From assembly GCF_026210795.1 (NCBI RefSeq), contig NC_089432.1, positions 1,550,001-1,614,000 of the forward strand: a stretch of DNA of 64,000 bases, in the 5' to 3' direction. The position numbers and the translations under genes were made by a program. This document shows positions 1 to 13,364 of this stretch, piece after piece. How positions within the stretch are numbered: the first letter of the stretch is position 1; each line of letters begins with the position of its first letter. The notes beneath the pieces were generated by a model. The model was not told the DNA's origin. It was given only the letters and a program-made list of their open reading frames with translations, and did no database searches. The stretch is from Rhizophagus irregularis. Taxonomy: Eukaryota.

Positions 1-790
1 AAAATGAAATGAAATTCCGTATTCGACAAATTTGAAGAAAAGAAAGAGAAAGAAGGATATAAAAATAACTGTAAATATTTTTCTTTTACATTTTTTCATT
101 CGTTAATAATCATTAACAGGAAGTTTGTAGCATAGCATTACAAGTTAGAAAAAAAAGCAAAATAAACCATTTGTATCAAAAGAATAAAATAAATAAGGAT
201 AACAAAAATATAATGCAAATATGTAATAATACAATTATATAAGTAACTTATAACTAATCACCTAAAAGAAATTACAAAATAATTTTTTTAAATAAATTTA
301 ATTAGTTTTAAATTATAAATATGTAAATGATAGTATTAAATAAAATAACTTATCCCCTATATTATTAAATAATTTTTTAAATAAAGATTTTATTTAATTT
401 AATCGTATTTAAATATATAATAACAACGAGATAAACTTAAAAATCAGCTAATTCAAAAATTTTTCTAGAAATGATTTCTTTATGTATTTAGTTAGTATAA
501 AATCGATAAAAATAAATAATTTTCGGCGAAATATCCATTCGGCAAATCTCGTGAATTTAATTAAATTTTATATGCTGTATTATGAAATAATTTTTCATAC
601 ATGATTATCTTTATAACAAGAGCATGCCATGAACATATATGCATATTCAGAGAGTATCATTATTCCACGACATATCACCTCCAATTTAAAACGAAATTTT
701 ATTACAACTCCTATAATCATAAAAACATTAATAACTAAATAAAAAGCTCCCGAAGATTATTTATTTATTTCAAATGGGGGATCGGTTCAC

Positions 791-945
791 TTAGCAAATT
801 TTAAAGAACTCGGAAATATTCGGTAAAGCTTGATATAAAATAAAAATCATACGCTAATTTTGGAGTATTATTCTGAGAATGGTGGTCCAATTTTATCTTA
901 TTTTGAACTTTACCGAATATTTCCGAGTTCTTTAAAATTTGCTAA
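791..945. mobile_element. small foldback/MITE-like element
   Basis: TTAGCAAATTTTAAAGAACTCGGAAATATTCGGTAAAG at 791 is the reverse complement of CTTTACCGAATATTTCCGAGTTCTTTAAAATTTGCTAA ending at 945; it interrupts a GGTTCAC|CGACAAT motif that is contiguous in a related copy near 1727-1740. Confidence 0.6.
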
Positions 946-1264
946 ATGTCTCGTTGTAAAACCGACAATCACTCAAGCAAAGCTATTATCAAAGGAAATT
1001 GAATTAAATCTTTTTTTTTTAAAGTTCATTACAGTTGAAAATAATAATAATAAAAATTTTTTGAGGACATTGATAAGGCCATCATTCCAAACTAACAATT
1101 AGTTTAACGTCCTTTCTGGCTCAAAAATTTGAGGGAAGGAAGGGAATAATTTAAGCAAACATGACATTTAAACATTTTAAAATCGGATATATTTGGTACC
1201 ACTCAATTTTAGTAAAGAGGGGTGCTTTAGGCATTTCAAAAATGGGGGGGGTGACGTTAGCTCT

Positions 1265-1667
1265 ATATCCGTTATTTCTGTAAAAAACTCCGTAAAAATG
1301 AGCCTTTCCCGGATCCATTCACGGAAAATGTAAATAAATCGATAAATTCCGCGATATAAGGTTATTAATTCCGGAAATATAAAAAACGGATCGACTCTTT
1401 TTATAGGGTTTCCAAACAGTTTCAAAGCGTCTTGAGGGTCCTACAATAAAAAAAATTTGAAATGGAACGTTAGAAACATCTCTATAAAAAATTTTATCCG
1501 TTATTTCTGTAAAAAACTCTGTAAAAATGAGCCTTTCACGGATCCATTCACGGAAAATGTAAATAAATTGATAAATTCCGCGATATAAGGTTATTAATTC
1601 CGGAAATATGAGCCTTTTACGGAAAAAAGATGGAATATAAAAAGCGTATTGACTTTTTTTACAGGGT
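1265..1667. repeat. direct duplication of ~110 bp (transposon-end-like repeat)
   Basis: TATCCGTTATTTCTGTAAAAAACTC...TTAATTCCGGAAATAT occurs at ~1266-1379 and ~1495-1609; both copies run out to TTT(T)AYAGGGT. Confidence 0.65.
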
Positions 1668-3579
1668 AGAGCGGCCTAATTAAATGACAAGCTCCTGAAG
1701 TTATCCATTTATTTTCAAAGGGGATTGGTTCACCGACAATTACCTCACCGAAAACCTTTCTCCTGCAATTATCACAATTGAAAATAATAATTATATGAGA
1801 TAATAAAAAGGTTGATACATTTTAATATTTTTACTAATAAAGACAATATTAAAAAAGAATCCTTTTCTATTTTTATGCGAAAGACATAAAAATATACTTA
1901 TTTTAATCATTTAAAGTATTATAAAAGTATTGTATATGTCAATGATTGCCCCTATGAAGATCCCAACGCTCATAATCCTGACACTCATTATCCCGACACT
2001 TATTTTTTAGACGTAATAATATTTTCATACCTTGTAATGATTAATATTTCTATTAATTGTGATTATTTCGCAAGACGAAGGATGAAAAAAAAATCGATCA
2101 CGTGAATTTCTGTCCTCCACGTGATTGCCACCCAATGAAAGCGCAAATTTTAGTTTTTCGCTTCAAACTTACAATGGTTCCCGTATAAAAAAAATTTATT
2201 AATTTTAATAATAAATTTATTAATTCTCACAAAACATTTTAAATTTATTATATATAATAAAAATATTGTTATTATAAAATTATTACATCTAAAAAAAAAA
2301 ATAACAATTTTGGGAATGTGAAAGTATTATAAAGATATATACTTAAAATATCAGATATTAACATTTTTTGCTAAATATAAAAAGTATGCCAAAATATTAA
2401 ATATTAAAAAACAAGTAACTTCTCGTTGAAGAGAAAGCTTAATTTTTCTTGTTAGTCGTTTTGTTAAATGTTAAATCACTGAAATATCAGGTCATGAACT
2501 ATCGTGACATATCGTTCAAATATCATAAATCCGATATGGTTTGATGTGTGATATTAAAAATCATATGCATGTCGGTATCTGGTATAGTAATGGTTTTTTT
2601 CCGATAATATACTGATATTTACTCTTTTTTTTTTATTTATTATTATTTTTTATTAAAGGAATACTCTTTTTTTCGGGAATTTCGAAAATAGTTTTGAAGT
2701 TTTGAAATAGTTTCGGAATTAATTTAGGAGTTTTGAAAGTCAACTCCAATTCACAATTGTTGATTCATTAATTGATTCATGATTCTCCAATCAATCAATT
2801 CTGAAGTAGTCATAGTGTTTGGATCTGGTTAGGAATAAATCCGTTTGACATCCAGATACAATTATTTAGATTGCTGTTTATAGATTCCTTCTATTCCTTT
2901 ATTTGATATGATCTTTCTGGAGCAATTTTATTATTACTTTTTTTATTTTCTCTTTAAATAACTTTTTTTTTTACTTAACGGTTAATCAAAAAAAATGTTC
3001 GTTTTACATTAGTATCGTCCTGTCACTTATAAAATAGGTACTTATAAAGCCGTGAAAGGGAAAGGAAAAGAGAAGGATAGGAGTAAGGGAAGGGGAAAGG
3101 GCGAAAGAAAGGGGAAGAAAGGATAGGAGGGGAAAGGATGAAATCATCATTTTCAAAAAAAACTACTATTCCCGTGAATAAAAGGTGAAGGAACAGAAAT
3201 GTGATGCCCCTGAAGGTTATCCTTTAAAACTCGATGCCAAGAAATTCATTTCATTTCACATGAATGATATGAACGTAAATTACTCACAATTATGAGTCTT
3301 TGTTTATGTTACGTTATAATACTCCACAACATATATTAATTATCACATGTTTACTATGCTTTTCATATGGAAACATGTCTGCATAATAACACAGTTATTA
3401 AGTATGGTGGTTAAAATATCATCCATTATATATGCCGAAATTTCAATATATATACACCTCAAGATTAATCAAAAGTAAAATAAAAAATCACAAATTTACT
3501 ACTTTCAAAAAGGAGTAAACAAGAAAGAGTAAAAATTTTTATCAAAACTCAATAAATATATCTTTATTTTATAATTATT

Positions 3580-3975
3580 ATGAAATCTCTTTCAAGTTTC
3601 CCTTTTTTCGTCTTATTCATTGCTATCTTTAGCATAATAGCTTTTATGTCACCCGTCGAAGCCGACCATACTGTATGGATCCATAACAAATTGGATAAAG
3701 GTACACAGGCTATAGCTGCCGTTACCTATACAAATGAAAAAGAAACTTGGCATTGGAGTCCCGATAATAACGATGCAATCTTTGAAAGTTACTCATTCGC
3801 TCACGAAGGTTTCTATTTAACTGTACCTTCCAAAGTAAGTACGTATTGGCTTGTTTTTGGTGTTGGTGCTTCGGCATTTGAAGAAGATAAATGGCGGGGT
3901 CCATTCGAAAATACTCAAGATCTCTGTTTCCACTATCATGGCAACCTTTTTAAATGGGAACTATGGCAATGTTAA
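3580..3975 (+). CDS. small secreted protein, 131 aa, candidate effector
   Basis: Single-exon ORF with ATG in an AT-rich context; hydrophobic signal peptide ending VEA; Trp/aromatic-rich mature part with two C-terminal Cys (CFHYHGNLFKWELWQC); higher GC than flanks. Confidence 0.85.
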   Translation: MKSLSSFPFFVLFIAIFSIIAFMSPVEADHTVWIHNKLDKGTQAIAAVTYTNEKETWHWSPDNNDAIFESYSFAHEGFYLTVPSKVSTYWLVFGVGASAFEEDKWRGPFENTQDLCFHYHGNLFKWELWQC

Positions 3976-4554
3976 TACTGTGCAACATGATAATAGGTAA
4001 TTATGCTACTCTATTCTATTTCTTTTATTAATTATAATCATTTGCATCATTATTATTTTATTATTTATTACGTTTTTAGTATATTGTGCCCTATGAAAAA
4101 TATTTTTTTTTTATTAAATGTACATCAAATAACCATTTTTTTTATTATATAAAAAACAATAATTAATTTGACTGTATTAGTCTAAACGTAAAATATACAT
4201 AACATAGACGTAAAATAAACGGAAAAATGAGCCCATTTTATGTTCATTATTTATTCATAAAATGTTAATAAATTGTTTATTAAATGTACTATAAATTGTA
4301 ATAATATACATAATACACAGTGAAATACGATATAACGGAATCCCAATAAACCGGAACTGGCCTTATACCGGACTTTTTTCCGGAACCAAATCACATATAT
4401 TAAAATAAATTTGATATAATGGAATTTATTAGTAAAATCTCGATAATGGCTATAACGGAACAAATATTTATTTATTTCATAAAGAGGAGTGATCAAAGAT
4501 CTATACATTGATAGGTATTTAGATACAAGGAAGTAAAGAAGAACTATTCTAGTA

Positions 4555-5070
4555 TAGGGATGGCAACGGTCACGGTCATTAACCGATTATGACCGGTCAT
4601 GACCGTGACCGATATCGGTCGGTCAAGACTTCTGACCGACCGTTTGACTGACCGTTTGACCGACCGTTTGACCGACCAAATTTTTTTATGAAAAATTTAA
4701 TAAAAAACGTCGCGAAAACGTTTTTTTATTAATAATTTAATTTTAAAAAACGTTTTTCGCAAACGGTTTTAATTATTTTAACAAAAAACGTTGCGAAAAC
4801 GTTTTTATTAGTAATTTAATTAAAATAAAACGTTTTCGCAACGTTTTTTTAATTATTTTAATAGAAACGTTGCGAAAACGTTTTTTATTAATAATTTAAT
4901 AAAAAAAAACGTTTTCGCACGTTTTTTCAATTTCCTTAATAAAAACGCTGAGAAAATATAAAAAAAATGATCGGTCAAACGGTCGGTCAAACGGTCGGTC
5001 GGTCGGTCAAAGGTTCTTGACCGGTTATGACCGACCGATGACCGACCATGACCGACCGTTGCCATCCCTA
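4555..5070. mobile_element. non-autonomous hAT-type MITE
   Basis: TIR TAGGGATGGCAACGGTC...GACCGTTGCCATCCCTA; perfect 8-bp TSD TTCTAGTA (4547-4554, 5071-5078); inverted subterminal GACCGACC arrays. Confidence 0.9.
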
Positions 5071-5959
5071 TTCTAGTATAAGATACTCGGATACCAATCC
5101 CAAATTCTGTAAGATATAAAACCTACCCAGGACAGGACCTCACCCTTCGATTTAAACTACTAAAACGGTAGAACTACGCTACAGTTAAAGGACGTGACAA
5201 AATAAAAATGTCCGTCCTTCCGTAAGAGCTATTGTAACGTAAGAAAAAACCAAAGGGGTTATATCAGAAATATATAACGGAACAAATAACAAATCAGTTA
5301 TAATAAAAATGATTCGATTTACCGAAACACGTGACGATTCACGATTTTATCGCCGTTTTCAAGATGGTTGATGCTGTTATGTTTGAATGAAAAAAATAAA
5401 AACCGAAAACCGGATGAAAACCGGACAAATAATGGACGAAAACCGGACGAATATTGGTATTCGAATATTTAATCATAAATAAATAGCATCAACCATTTTG
5501 AAAACGGATGTAAAACCAATAAAATTAGCAGCGTGATAACCTTTTAGAAATTTTAGTGGAATACGCAAGCTTTGAAGACTCAGATAAAGATTCTTCAATA
5601 TTTTCAACATTCCTAGTCAATATATTCAGAAAAATTTCATCACTTTATAAGAATGAATTTCCTAAATAAGTTGTTTATTTGAAAATGTTAATATATGTGA
5701 ACCCTTAAAAATAAATACACGAAATTGAAATCTTTTTTTACACTTTAATCACGAACTTTTTTATTGAAAATATGTCTAATAGTGAGGTAAGAAAAGCAAA
5801 AACAGGGTAGAATAAATGATTTTTTTAAGTTTTAGTTAATTCCAGTGTATAAAATTTACCAAATAATGTTTTAAACAAAAATAATCTAAATTTCCAATGT
5901 TTGTCGCATATGTCGCACAAATAAAAACTTGATATAAAGGAATTTCATGTTATTTATAT

Positions 5960-6060
5960 ATAAAATCCGGTATATCGAAATTTTTTGATATCGGAAGTCT
6001 CGATATACCGGATATTTTTACTGGAACGGATGGTTCCGTTATATCGAATTTTACTGTGTA
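5960..6060. mobile_element. Tc1/pogo-like MITE end remnant
   Basis: CGTTATATCGAATTTTACTG-type end plus an internal inverted repeat TCCGGTATATCGA...TCGATATACCGGA; similar motifs near 4330-4460 and 27915-27961. Confidence 0.4.
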
Positions 6061-6349
6061 TATCTATTAATTAATTATAAAATATACATGATATATCTAT
6101 ATTCTATCCTAATCCGAACCATATAATTCTTTATACTCCTTATCTATCACGTAATAAGTATCATCTAAAAATTTAAACCAGTCGCTAAAGAATAACTGCA
6201 AACTTACATTATTAAAAATTAAAATCCAATCCAATGTCATAACAAAGAAAATATAATATTATAAAAACTGAAACTATATATTAAGAATAAAATTTCAATT
6301 ACATTAATAAGGATAAAATTAAGAAAAATCATGATAGGATTAAAAATTT

Positions 6350-8030
6350 CCAATAAAATTTCTAATAAATTTTATAAAAAAAAAAGTATCAATTTTTAAC
6401 GAAATTCTATTATTAAATAAAAAAAAATTTCAAAGCTAAAATTCTCAATACTCTTATTAAAAAAATTATTTTCAATAAATTTTCTATTAAAAGACTTTTA
6501 GACGAAATTCTCCATCAAAAAAAAAGACTCACCTATAAAAAAACTTTTCAACCAACAAAATTGTCAAAAAAAAATCCCCTATTAAAGAAAAATTTCTAAC
6601 GAAAATCTTCCGTCAAAAAACATTTTCCCTATTAAAAAAAAAATCTTACCTATTAAAAAAATTCTCAAAAGAATTACCATATTAAAAATTTCTAACGAAT
6701 GATCTATCAAAAAAAAATCTTTCCTATTAAAAAATGTTCTAACGAAATACTCCACCAAAAAATATTTTTACTATAAAAAAAAATTCTCAATGATATTTTT
6801 GCATATTACGAAATATTTTTTTTATTAAATTTAATATATAATACTTCTTTTGTTATTTTTTTTCATGTTTAAAAAAGTGATATTATCAAAGCGTGATATG
6901 TTTAAAACCCCAGATAATCGGTAAGACGCACCACTCAGGTGATCATCAAAGGTTTATAGGTTATAACCTTATATGATCATCTGAGTGGGGTGCATCATCA
7001 TGGCCTCCTTTAGGAAATGACGTCATTTCCGGCCATCCCCTAAGAACCAACGAAAAAATAGAATTATGAGGAAAAATATCTATTAAATCTATGTTATCAA
7101 ACAATAAAGTATCACTATGTGATTGTCATAATCCTGAATGAAGAAAATTTGAGGACGTCCAGCGAATATGAGCTTGGGCGTAAATAATTGTAAATTTTTA
7201 TTTTTATTTTTAACATGACGACAGAAACGAAGGTACAACGGCATGCAGCAATTGCTCTAAACTAGAGTAATTTAAAGTTGGTCCCTAATCCCACGCGTGG
7301 AACCACCCCGCCAGATATACAACCTCGAACTATCTAGCGTGGCCAGTTCTATCCGAAATATTAACAAAGGATAACAAAAAAATCCTGTTTAATTACTTTC
7401 ACGATTATTATTATCCTCCCGTATTGATCTTTCATTTACTCAAAAATGCCGTCTGTAATACTGCCATAGATGGAATGATACTTTAATAAGAAACTATGGT
7501 ATTGTCCTACTGAAAGGTGGTCTATCGGAGGGGAAAAGGGTGGTATACACTCCGAAGGTGGGAGTGTCGGGTTCGTCGAGTATATTATCTTTGCGTCGTT
7601 TGTTATGAGAAGCGTTCTCGTCTCCGTTATCACTTAACGGCGGAGAGTGCTTGAGTAATACGTTGTTCTTTTCAGGTAACTGTCATCTTGTTTTTTGATG
7701 CGAAATTCGTACCTTCTTTGCATATCAGAATAACATCGCTAACGTGTGTGAAAGCATAGGTGTAAGGTTGGTTTTTAAATGTGAATGTTGTTGATGATAT
7801 AGATGGCGAAGCAATTGATGTGGACGTTGAAGGAACAGCATCGTTAGAATCAATGTGCATCAAGTTCCCTGTGTCTGTATCGTCCAATGGGGAAGTTTGA
7901 TGTGGGATGCCGTTTGATTTTTGTTGACGTAATGTATTCGCCGCAGCTTTTTCAGCTTTTTGTTTGGCGGCTTCCTCCTTTTGAATACGTCGTTTTTCGA
8001 TAGTAATAGCTTCACGTTCGCGTCTCGCTG
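6350..8030 (-). mobile_element. decayed, probably internally deleted retroelement-like relic
   Basis: Minus-strand coding-like fragments (RREREAITIEKRRIQKEEAAKQKAEKAAA...; ORFs 7672-7887 and 7436-7633), a structured segment at 6928-7036 and a degenerate A-rich tandem tail at 6350-6800; no RT motifs seen. Confidence 0.3.
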
Positions 8031-9771
8031 CTATTAAATAAATAATTGTAAATAATTTTGTTTTACATCATTTCACAAGTAAATATATTGATCACGTTTA
8101 GGTCATTGTAATTTTATTGTACTTTGATCATAGTTGTAAAATATTCGATAAGAGAAAATTTAAAATTATGCATTTTTATTTATTTATTATAATACCCGTT
8201 CGAATTCTATTAAAAAAAAATTAATAAAAATTTAATAATTAAATATTTTGGAATTTGAATAATATAAAATGATCGTCCTTGTCGTCCTCAAAGAAATCTT
8301 AAAATTTTAAAAGTTTGATAAAATGTTGCAGATTTCACTTTTCCTTTACAAGCATAAATATAACCTAAAATGTAATATGTGCTTGTCGTTGTTCTTAGTT
8401 CTCTTGTATTATTAATTTGCACCATAATTTATAATAGAATCAACATGGTGCATGAGTAAGATCGACCGACATTGATCAAGAGCACCAAAGAAGGGTACAC
8501 TTATTATAGTGACGTAACATACGATCACATGAACGCTTAACGCTTTATATATTCATGTATAGTTTAATACTAACCAGTCACGTAAGCATAGTTACGCGTT
8601 TTTATGCTAACAATGCTAACAATGTATACTGTACATAACTGCGTCCGAATGTTCGAATAGAATAGAAATAATAAACCCTTTTACGTTAAATTTCAAAATT
8701 ATTAAATTATCGAAAATCGTCTTAGATTCACGCGATTATCGTAAGGCTGATTTTTTTTTTATGACCACATGAGTAGTACAATAATCACTCAGTTTTTTGA
8801 AATGGATAAGAAAAAATTCACTGGACTGGAAACAGCGGTTATTTCATTTCCGTTTCTTTATTTGTTTATACAATTTTCGTTAATGTTATAAAAAAATTTA
8901 TAAGCAAAATATTTCCATAATATTAAATACGAGCTTATAAAATAGAAAAATCATAACATAAATTATTTAGACTTATTAGAATTTTTTAATAATAAAAATT
9001 AATTTAAAAAAATTTTTTTTTTTAATAAAATTTATAATTATATGTGGTTTTATGCAAGGGTTGATAAAAATTCTCAGCCAGTTGGCGTTAACAATTAATA
9101 TTCATTCGTTATGTATGCACTTAACCTATATACCTCATTTTGAACTCATTAAAAACTCATTAATCCCATGTGAATTTTAAACCTTTATAACAAATCATTT
9201 TACAAAGTGAAATAATATAATGCCGCATTTACTTATGAAGATAATCTTTTATGAATTTCGAGAAAGTATTTACGCGAAAAAAATTATATAAATTAAGTAA
9301 ATTTGTTAAACAGCTTGTTATACAATGAAATGCAGCATATGATTTTCTCTTTGATCGGCAGGCAGACATGGACCTATTTTTTCTTTCTCCTTTGAAAAAA
9401 AAAAAAAATACTGCCCTTTATTATGTCATAAGAGAGTACAAGAGAAATAAAAAATATAAATTTCTATACAAGAATTACTTATTTAGGTTATTTGAGCTAC
9501 AAACTAAACTAAAGTTATGATGGCGTAGAAACAAAAAAAAAATTGTAACAATTTTTTTATTAGATGCATGTTAATGCATGATCAATTTGTGCAATATATA
9601 TTTCGAAATCGGAACGACGGGAAACACCTGTCAACACCTGTCAATGCATTTACTTGTCAAATTCGGAACAAAGAAAATAGTTGATAAACCTGTTTTTTTT
9701 TAAGAAAAAAAAAAGAAAAAAGAAAAATTTTTTCATTTTTTTTTTCTGCACAATATTTTCTATTATTCAAT

Positions 9772-12142
9772 ATGTCAAGTACTCCAAGCCCTAACAATAG
9801 TGTGCATTCTAATAGAAGGTCGAACCCATGTATTAATTGGATTGAAGAAGCCATTGCCAAAAGACATATTAAGTATTATGAATATAAAAATTTTAATAAT
9901 ATCAAAGAAATTAGTACGGGTACATACGGAAAAATTTATCGAGCAAATTGGAAAAATTCAAATAAATATTTATCGTTAAAATCATATTTTGTACGAGATA
10001 ACTCCACAATTAAAGAAATTATTCATGAGGTAATTTTTTAATTATTATTATATTTTTAAGAAATTTAATCAAATCAAATAATTATGCAATTTTTTTTTAT
10101 TATAATGTAAACAAAAAAAAAAATAATTCTTTAAATTTTTGTTTGAAAAGTCTTTAATAAGAAAACCTATATGAATAATTAAATTTAATTGGTTAATTAA
10201 TTAATTAGGTTAAACTTCAACGCGAAGTGGATTTTCATAATAATGTTATACGCTTTTATGGAATAACTGTTTTAGATCAAGGTATAACAACCATATATTA
10301 AACACGTATAAATATTTATCGTATATCAATCATTATATATAACGATTATTTCTTTTCATTAGATAACGAAGATGAACAATTACAAAAATATTGGGTAGTA
10401 ATGGAATATGCGGACGGCGGAACACTTCAACAATATCTAAAGAGAAAGTTTTATGAACTTACTTGGAATGACAAATTCAGCCTAGCATATCAATTGGCTA
10501 GTGCTGTTTCATATCTGCATGAAGAGGGAATTGTGCATCGAGATTTGGTAAAAATAATTTCTTTTTTTCTTAAATGCATAAGAATGTTTGATGCGTGATG
10601 ATATTAATAAAAAAAAAATTTTTTTTATTTAGAATTCTACTAGTATAATGGTTCATCAGAATACAATTAAATTGGCTGATTTTGGAGTATCAAAAAGAAT
10701 TAAAGAAGCATCTAAACGACAAATAAATTTCGGTTCTTTTCCTTACATTGATCCAAAATTATTTAGTAATCAAATAAATAAAAATAATCCCACAAAAATA
10801 TATACATTAAATGAAAGAAGTGACGTATATAGCGTCGGGGTTCTCTTATGGGAAATATCAAGTGGAATACCTCCCTATGACGGAATAGATGATGATAATT
10901 TACATTGGAAAATTTTTCAAGGATTAAGAGAAAATCCTGTTCCAGATACGCCTATTAGTTATATCGATCTTTATAATGGTAAATTAATAATTTTAATCAT
11001 TTATAATATACCAATAATTATATTAATATTCAAATATTTATTTAGATTGTTGGGATGGTGAACCGGAAAATCGTCCGACTATGAATCAAGTGGTTTCAAG
11101 ATTAAATAATATTATCGTGGAATCATACAAAACAATAAATAATTATCAGACTGATGACTTTATTATAAATGTTCAATTTAAACCTGAAGATGAATTAAGT
11201 ATCATGGTTGATAGAATAGTGAACCTAATTTTTAAGTTGACTAACGAAGGAAAGGAACCAAAATTTAGAAATAAATATATTCTTGATTATATTAACATAT
11301 ATAATATATCTTTGAAAGAACTATATAGTTGGTTATTAAATAATCAAAATAATTCAACGTCCATATTTTTATTAGGATATTTTAATTATACTGGTATTGG
11401 AACAAGTGAAAATAGAAATAATGCATTTGAATTATTTTTTAATGCTTCAAAACATAATCATGTTTTAGCACAATATTATATTGGATTATGTTATAAATGT
11501 GGTTATGGAACTATAAAAAATCAAGGATTAGCATTCGAATATTTTAAAAAATGCGCGAATAAGGATTTTGCAGCGGGTCAATTAAATCTTGGTTATTTAT
11601 ATGAACATGGAACGGACGTTAAAGAAGATTTAAAGATAGCTGTTGAATGGTATGAAAAAGCTTCAATTAATGGGAATATAATTGCTAGTTATAATCTTGG
11701 ACTTTGTTATAAGAATGGAATCGGTATTAATGCGAATAATAAAAAAGCCTTTGAATTATTTAAAAAATCTGCAGAAGGAGAATATTTGAATGGAATAACA
11801 ATGTTAGGATATTTTTATAAAAATGGGATTGGAACCAGTACAAATAAACAAGAAGCATTTCATTTATATCAAAAAGCTTCATATTTAGGTGATGAAACTG
11901 CTCAATATAATCTTGCATTAATGTATGAAAATGGAATTGGTATCGTAAAAGATATTGATCAGGGAATTTATTGGTATAAAAAATCATCTGAAAATGGTTT
12001 TCAAAAAGCTAAAGAAAGATTAGAAGAAATTTCAAAATTAAGTAATAGAAAAAATGTGAATAATAATAATATGATAATTATAAAAATTTTTTTATCATAT
12101 TTATTTTTATCTTTAATTTACTGTATTGTGCATATATTTTAG
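9772..12142 (+). CDS. TKL-type protein kinase domain + Sel1/TPR-like repeats
   Basis: Five GT-AG exons (9772-10029, 10209-10281, 10363-10547, 10633-10978, 11046-12142) join in frame: STGTYGKIY, SLK, MEYADGG, HRDL, DFG, SDVYSVG, CWDGEPENRP, then ~6 Sel1 repeats (AQYYIGLCY..G.G..KN...A..Y). Confidence 0.92.
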
Positions 12143-12776
12143 ATTAGTTTAGATGATTACTTATTTTTAAAAAATAATTTTGTACTATAATATTATTATT
12201 TATTATTTGTATACTATTTATGTATTTTTATATGTATATTATTATATTTAAATAAAAAAAAAAGTATTATTTATTATATTTGCTTTCCTTTTCTTGAGTA
12301 CTACAATATTATAGAATCGGATCGACGAATCAACACGATAGAGCGTGTGCGAGATAAAGATTTTGATGAATGTTTTAAGACTGCAAACCACTTTTTCATC
12401 TATCAATTAATAGTTTATACGATCGATCGATCGATAGATAGGTATTTCGAGTTATGTATTGTGCACATTTATGGTATAAACTGAATGTATCATGTACAGT
12501 CGCGTCGGAAAGTATTGCCCGATTACTTACAGATGGAGGTTATAATTATTTAGCCACTATGGTTATCCCAGCATCCAGTGATCAGAGTTTGACAAATTAA
12601 GGCTTGTTGGATTTACCTCACCAAAACGAGTCCAATGTTAGTTGAATCATGTCTTTAGGTACAATAGATGCCGAGATATACCTCCAAACATACTTTACCT
12701 GAAAATTTTTCGAAACTCTGAATTTCATAAAATCGGGAATAGCTCACTATACAGTGATCCAATTTTGATAATCAAA

Positions 12777-12965
12777 GGCTCATTGGATTAGTCTCTTCGA
12801 GACGCATCGAATAGTGGCCAGCCCATGTGTATAGTATCGATATATCACGAGATAATGGCAAAAACGTCCAAAATATATTTTAATGTATATCTTAGCATAT
12901 ATTGATCCTAGAGATATGAACCGACCACCATTCAATTCGTCTTGACGAGACGAATCCAATGAGCC
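12777..12965. repeat. inverted-repeat pair within a transposon relic
   Basis: GGCTCATTGGATTAGTCTCTTCGAGACG (12777) versus CGTCTTGACGAGACGAATCCAATGAGCC (to 12965). Confidence 0.5.
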
Positions 12966-13364
12966 CTTATTCGCCAAATTTGGATCACTGGATGCCAAGA
13001 TAATCACGAGTGGCAAGATAATTATAGATTTCATCTTTAAGCCAAAAATCAGCTAAAATTAAATAAAATTGCAACTAGTGATTTGCCAACAAATTTACTT
13101 GGTTTAAACAAAGTAGAGAACAATTAGAAACGAACCAATATATTACCCAGAAGTGTTGACCTCCTCCCAAAAGCTGTAGGCGAACTTAAAGCTGTACTGA
13201 AGAAAAAATGAAAATTTAAATAGTTCTGTTTTTGGGAAGGCTGCCACCCTGGGATTGTGAAAATTTGATGTAGTATGAGAAGCAAACTAGATATAAATTT
13301 TTTACTAATGTATATACTGGTGAAAAAATACAAATATTTTTGTTTTTGTCTTCATTTTCAAATC

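Noticed and set aside
860..1425. Short ORFs 860-1102 and 1177-1425 (likewise 4853-5065, 31122-31325, 31653-31838)
   Set aside because: Lie within MITE or repeat sequence, often have non-ATG starts, and show no recognisable protein motifs
3055..3140. Polypurine tract upstream of the secreted protein
   Set aside because: Simple low-complexity G/A run with no evidence of function
6928..7036. Hammerhead or HDV ribozyme
   Set aside because: No CUGANGA/GAAA core in the right stem context on either strand and no HDV pseudoknot identified
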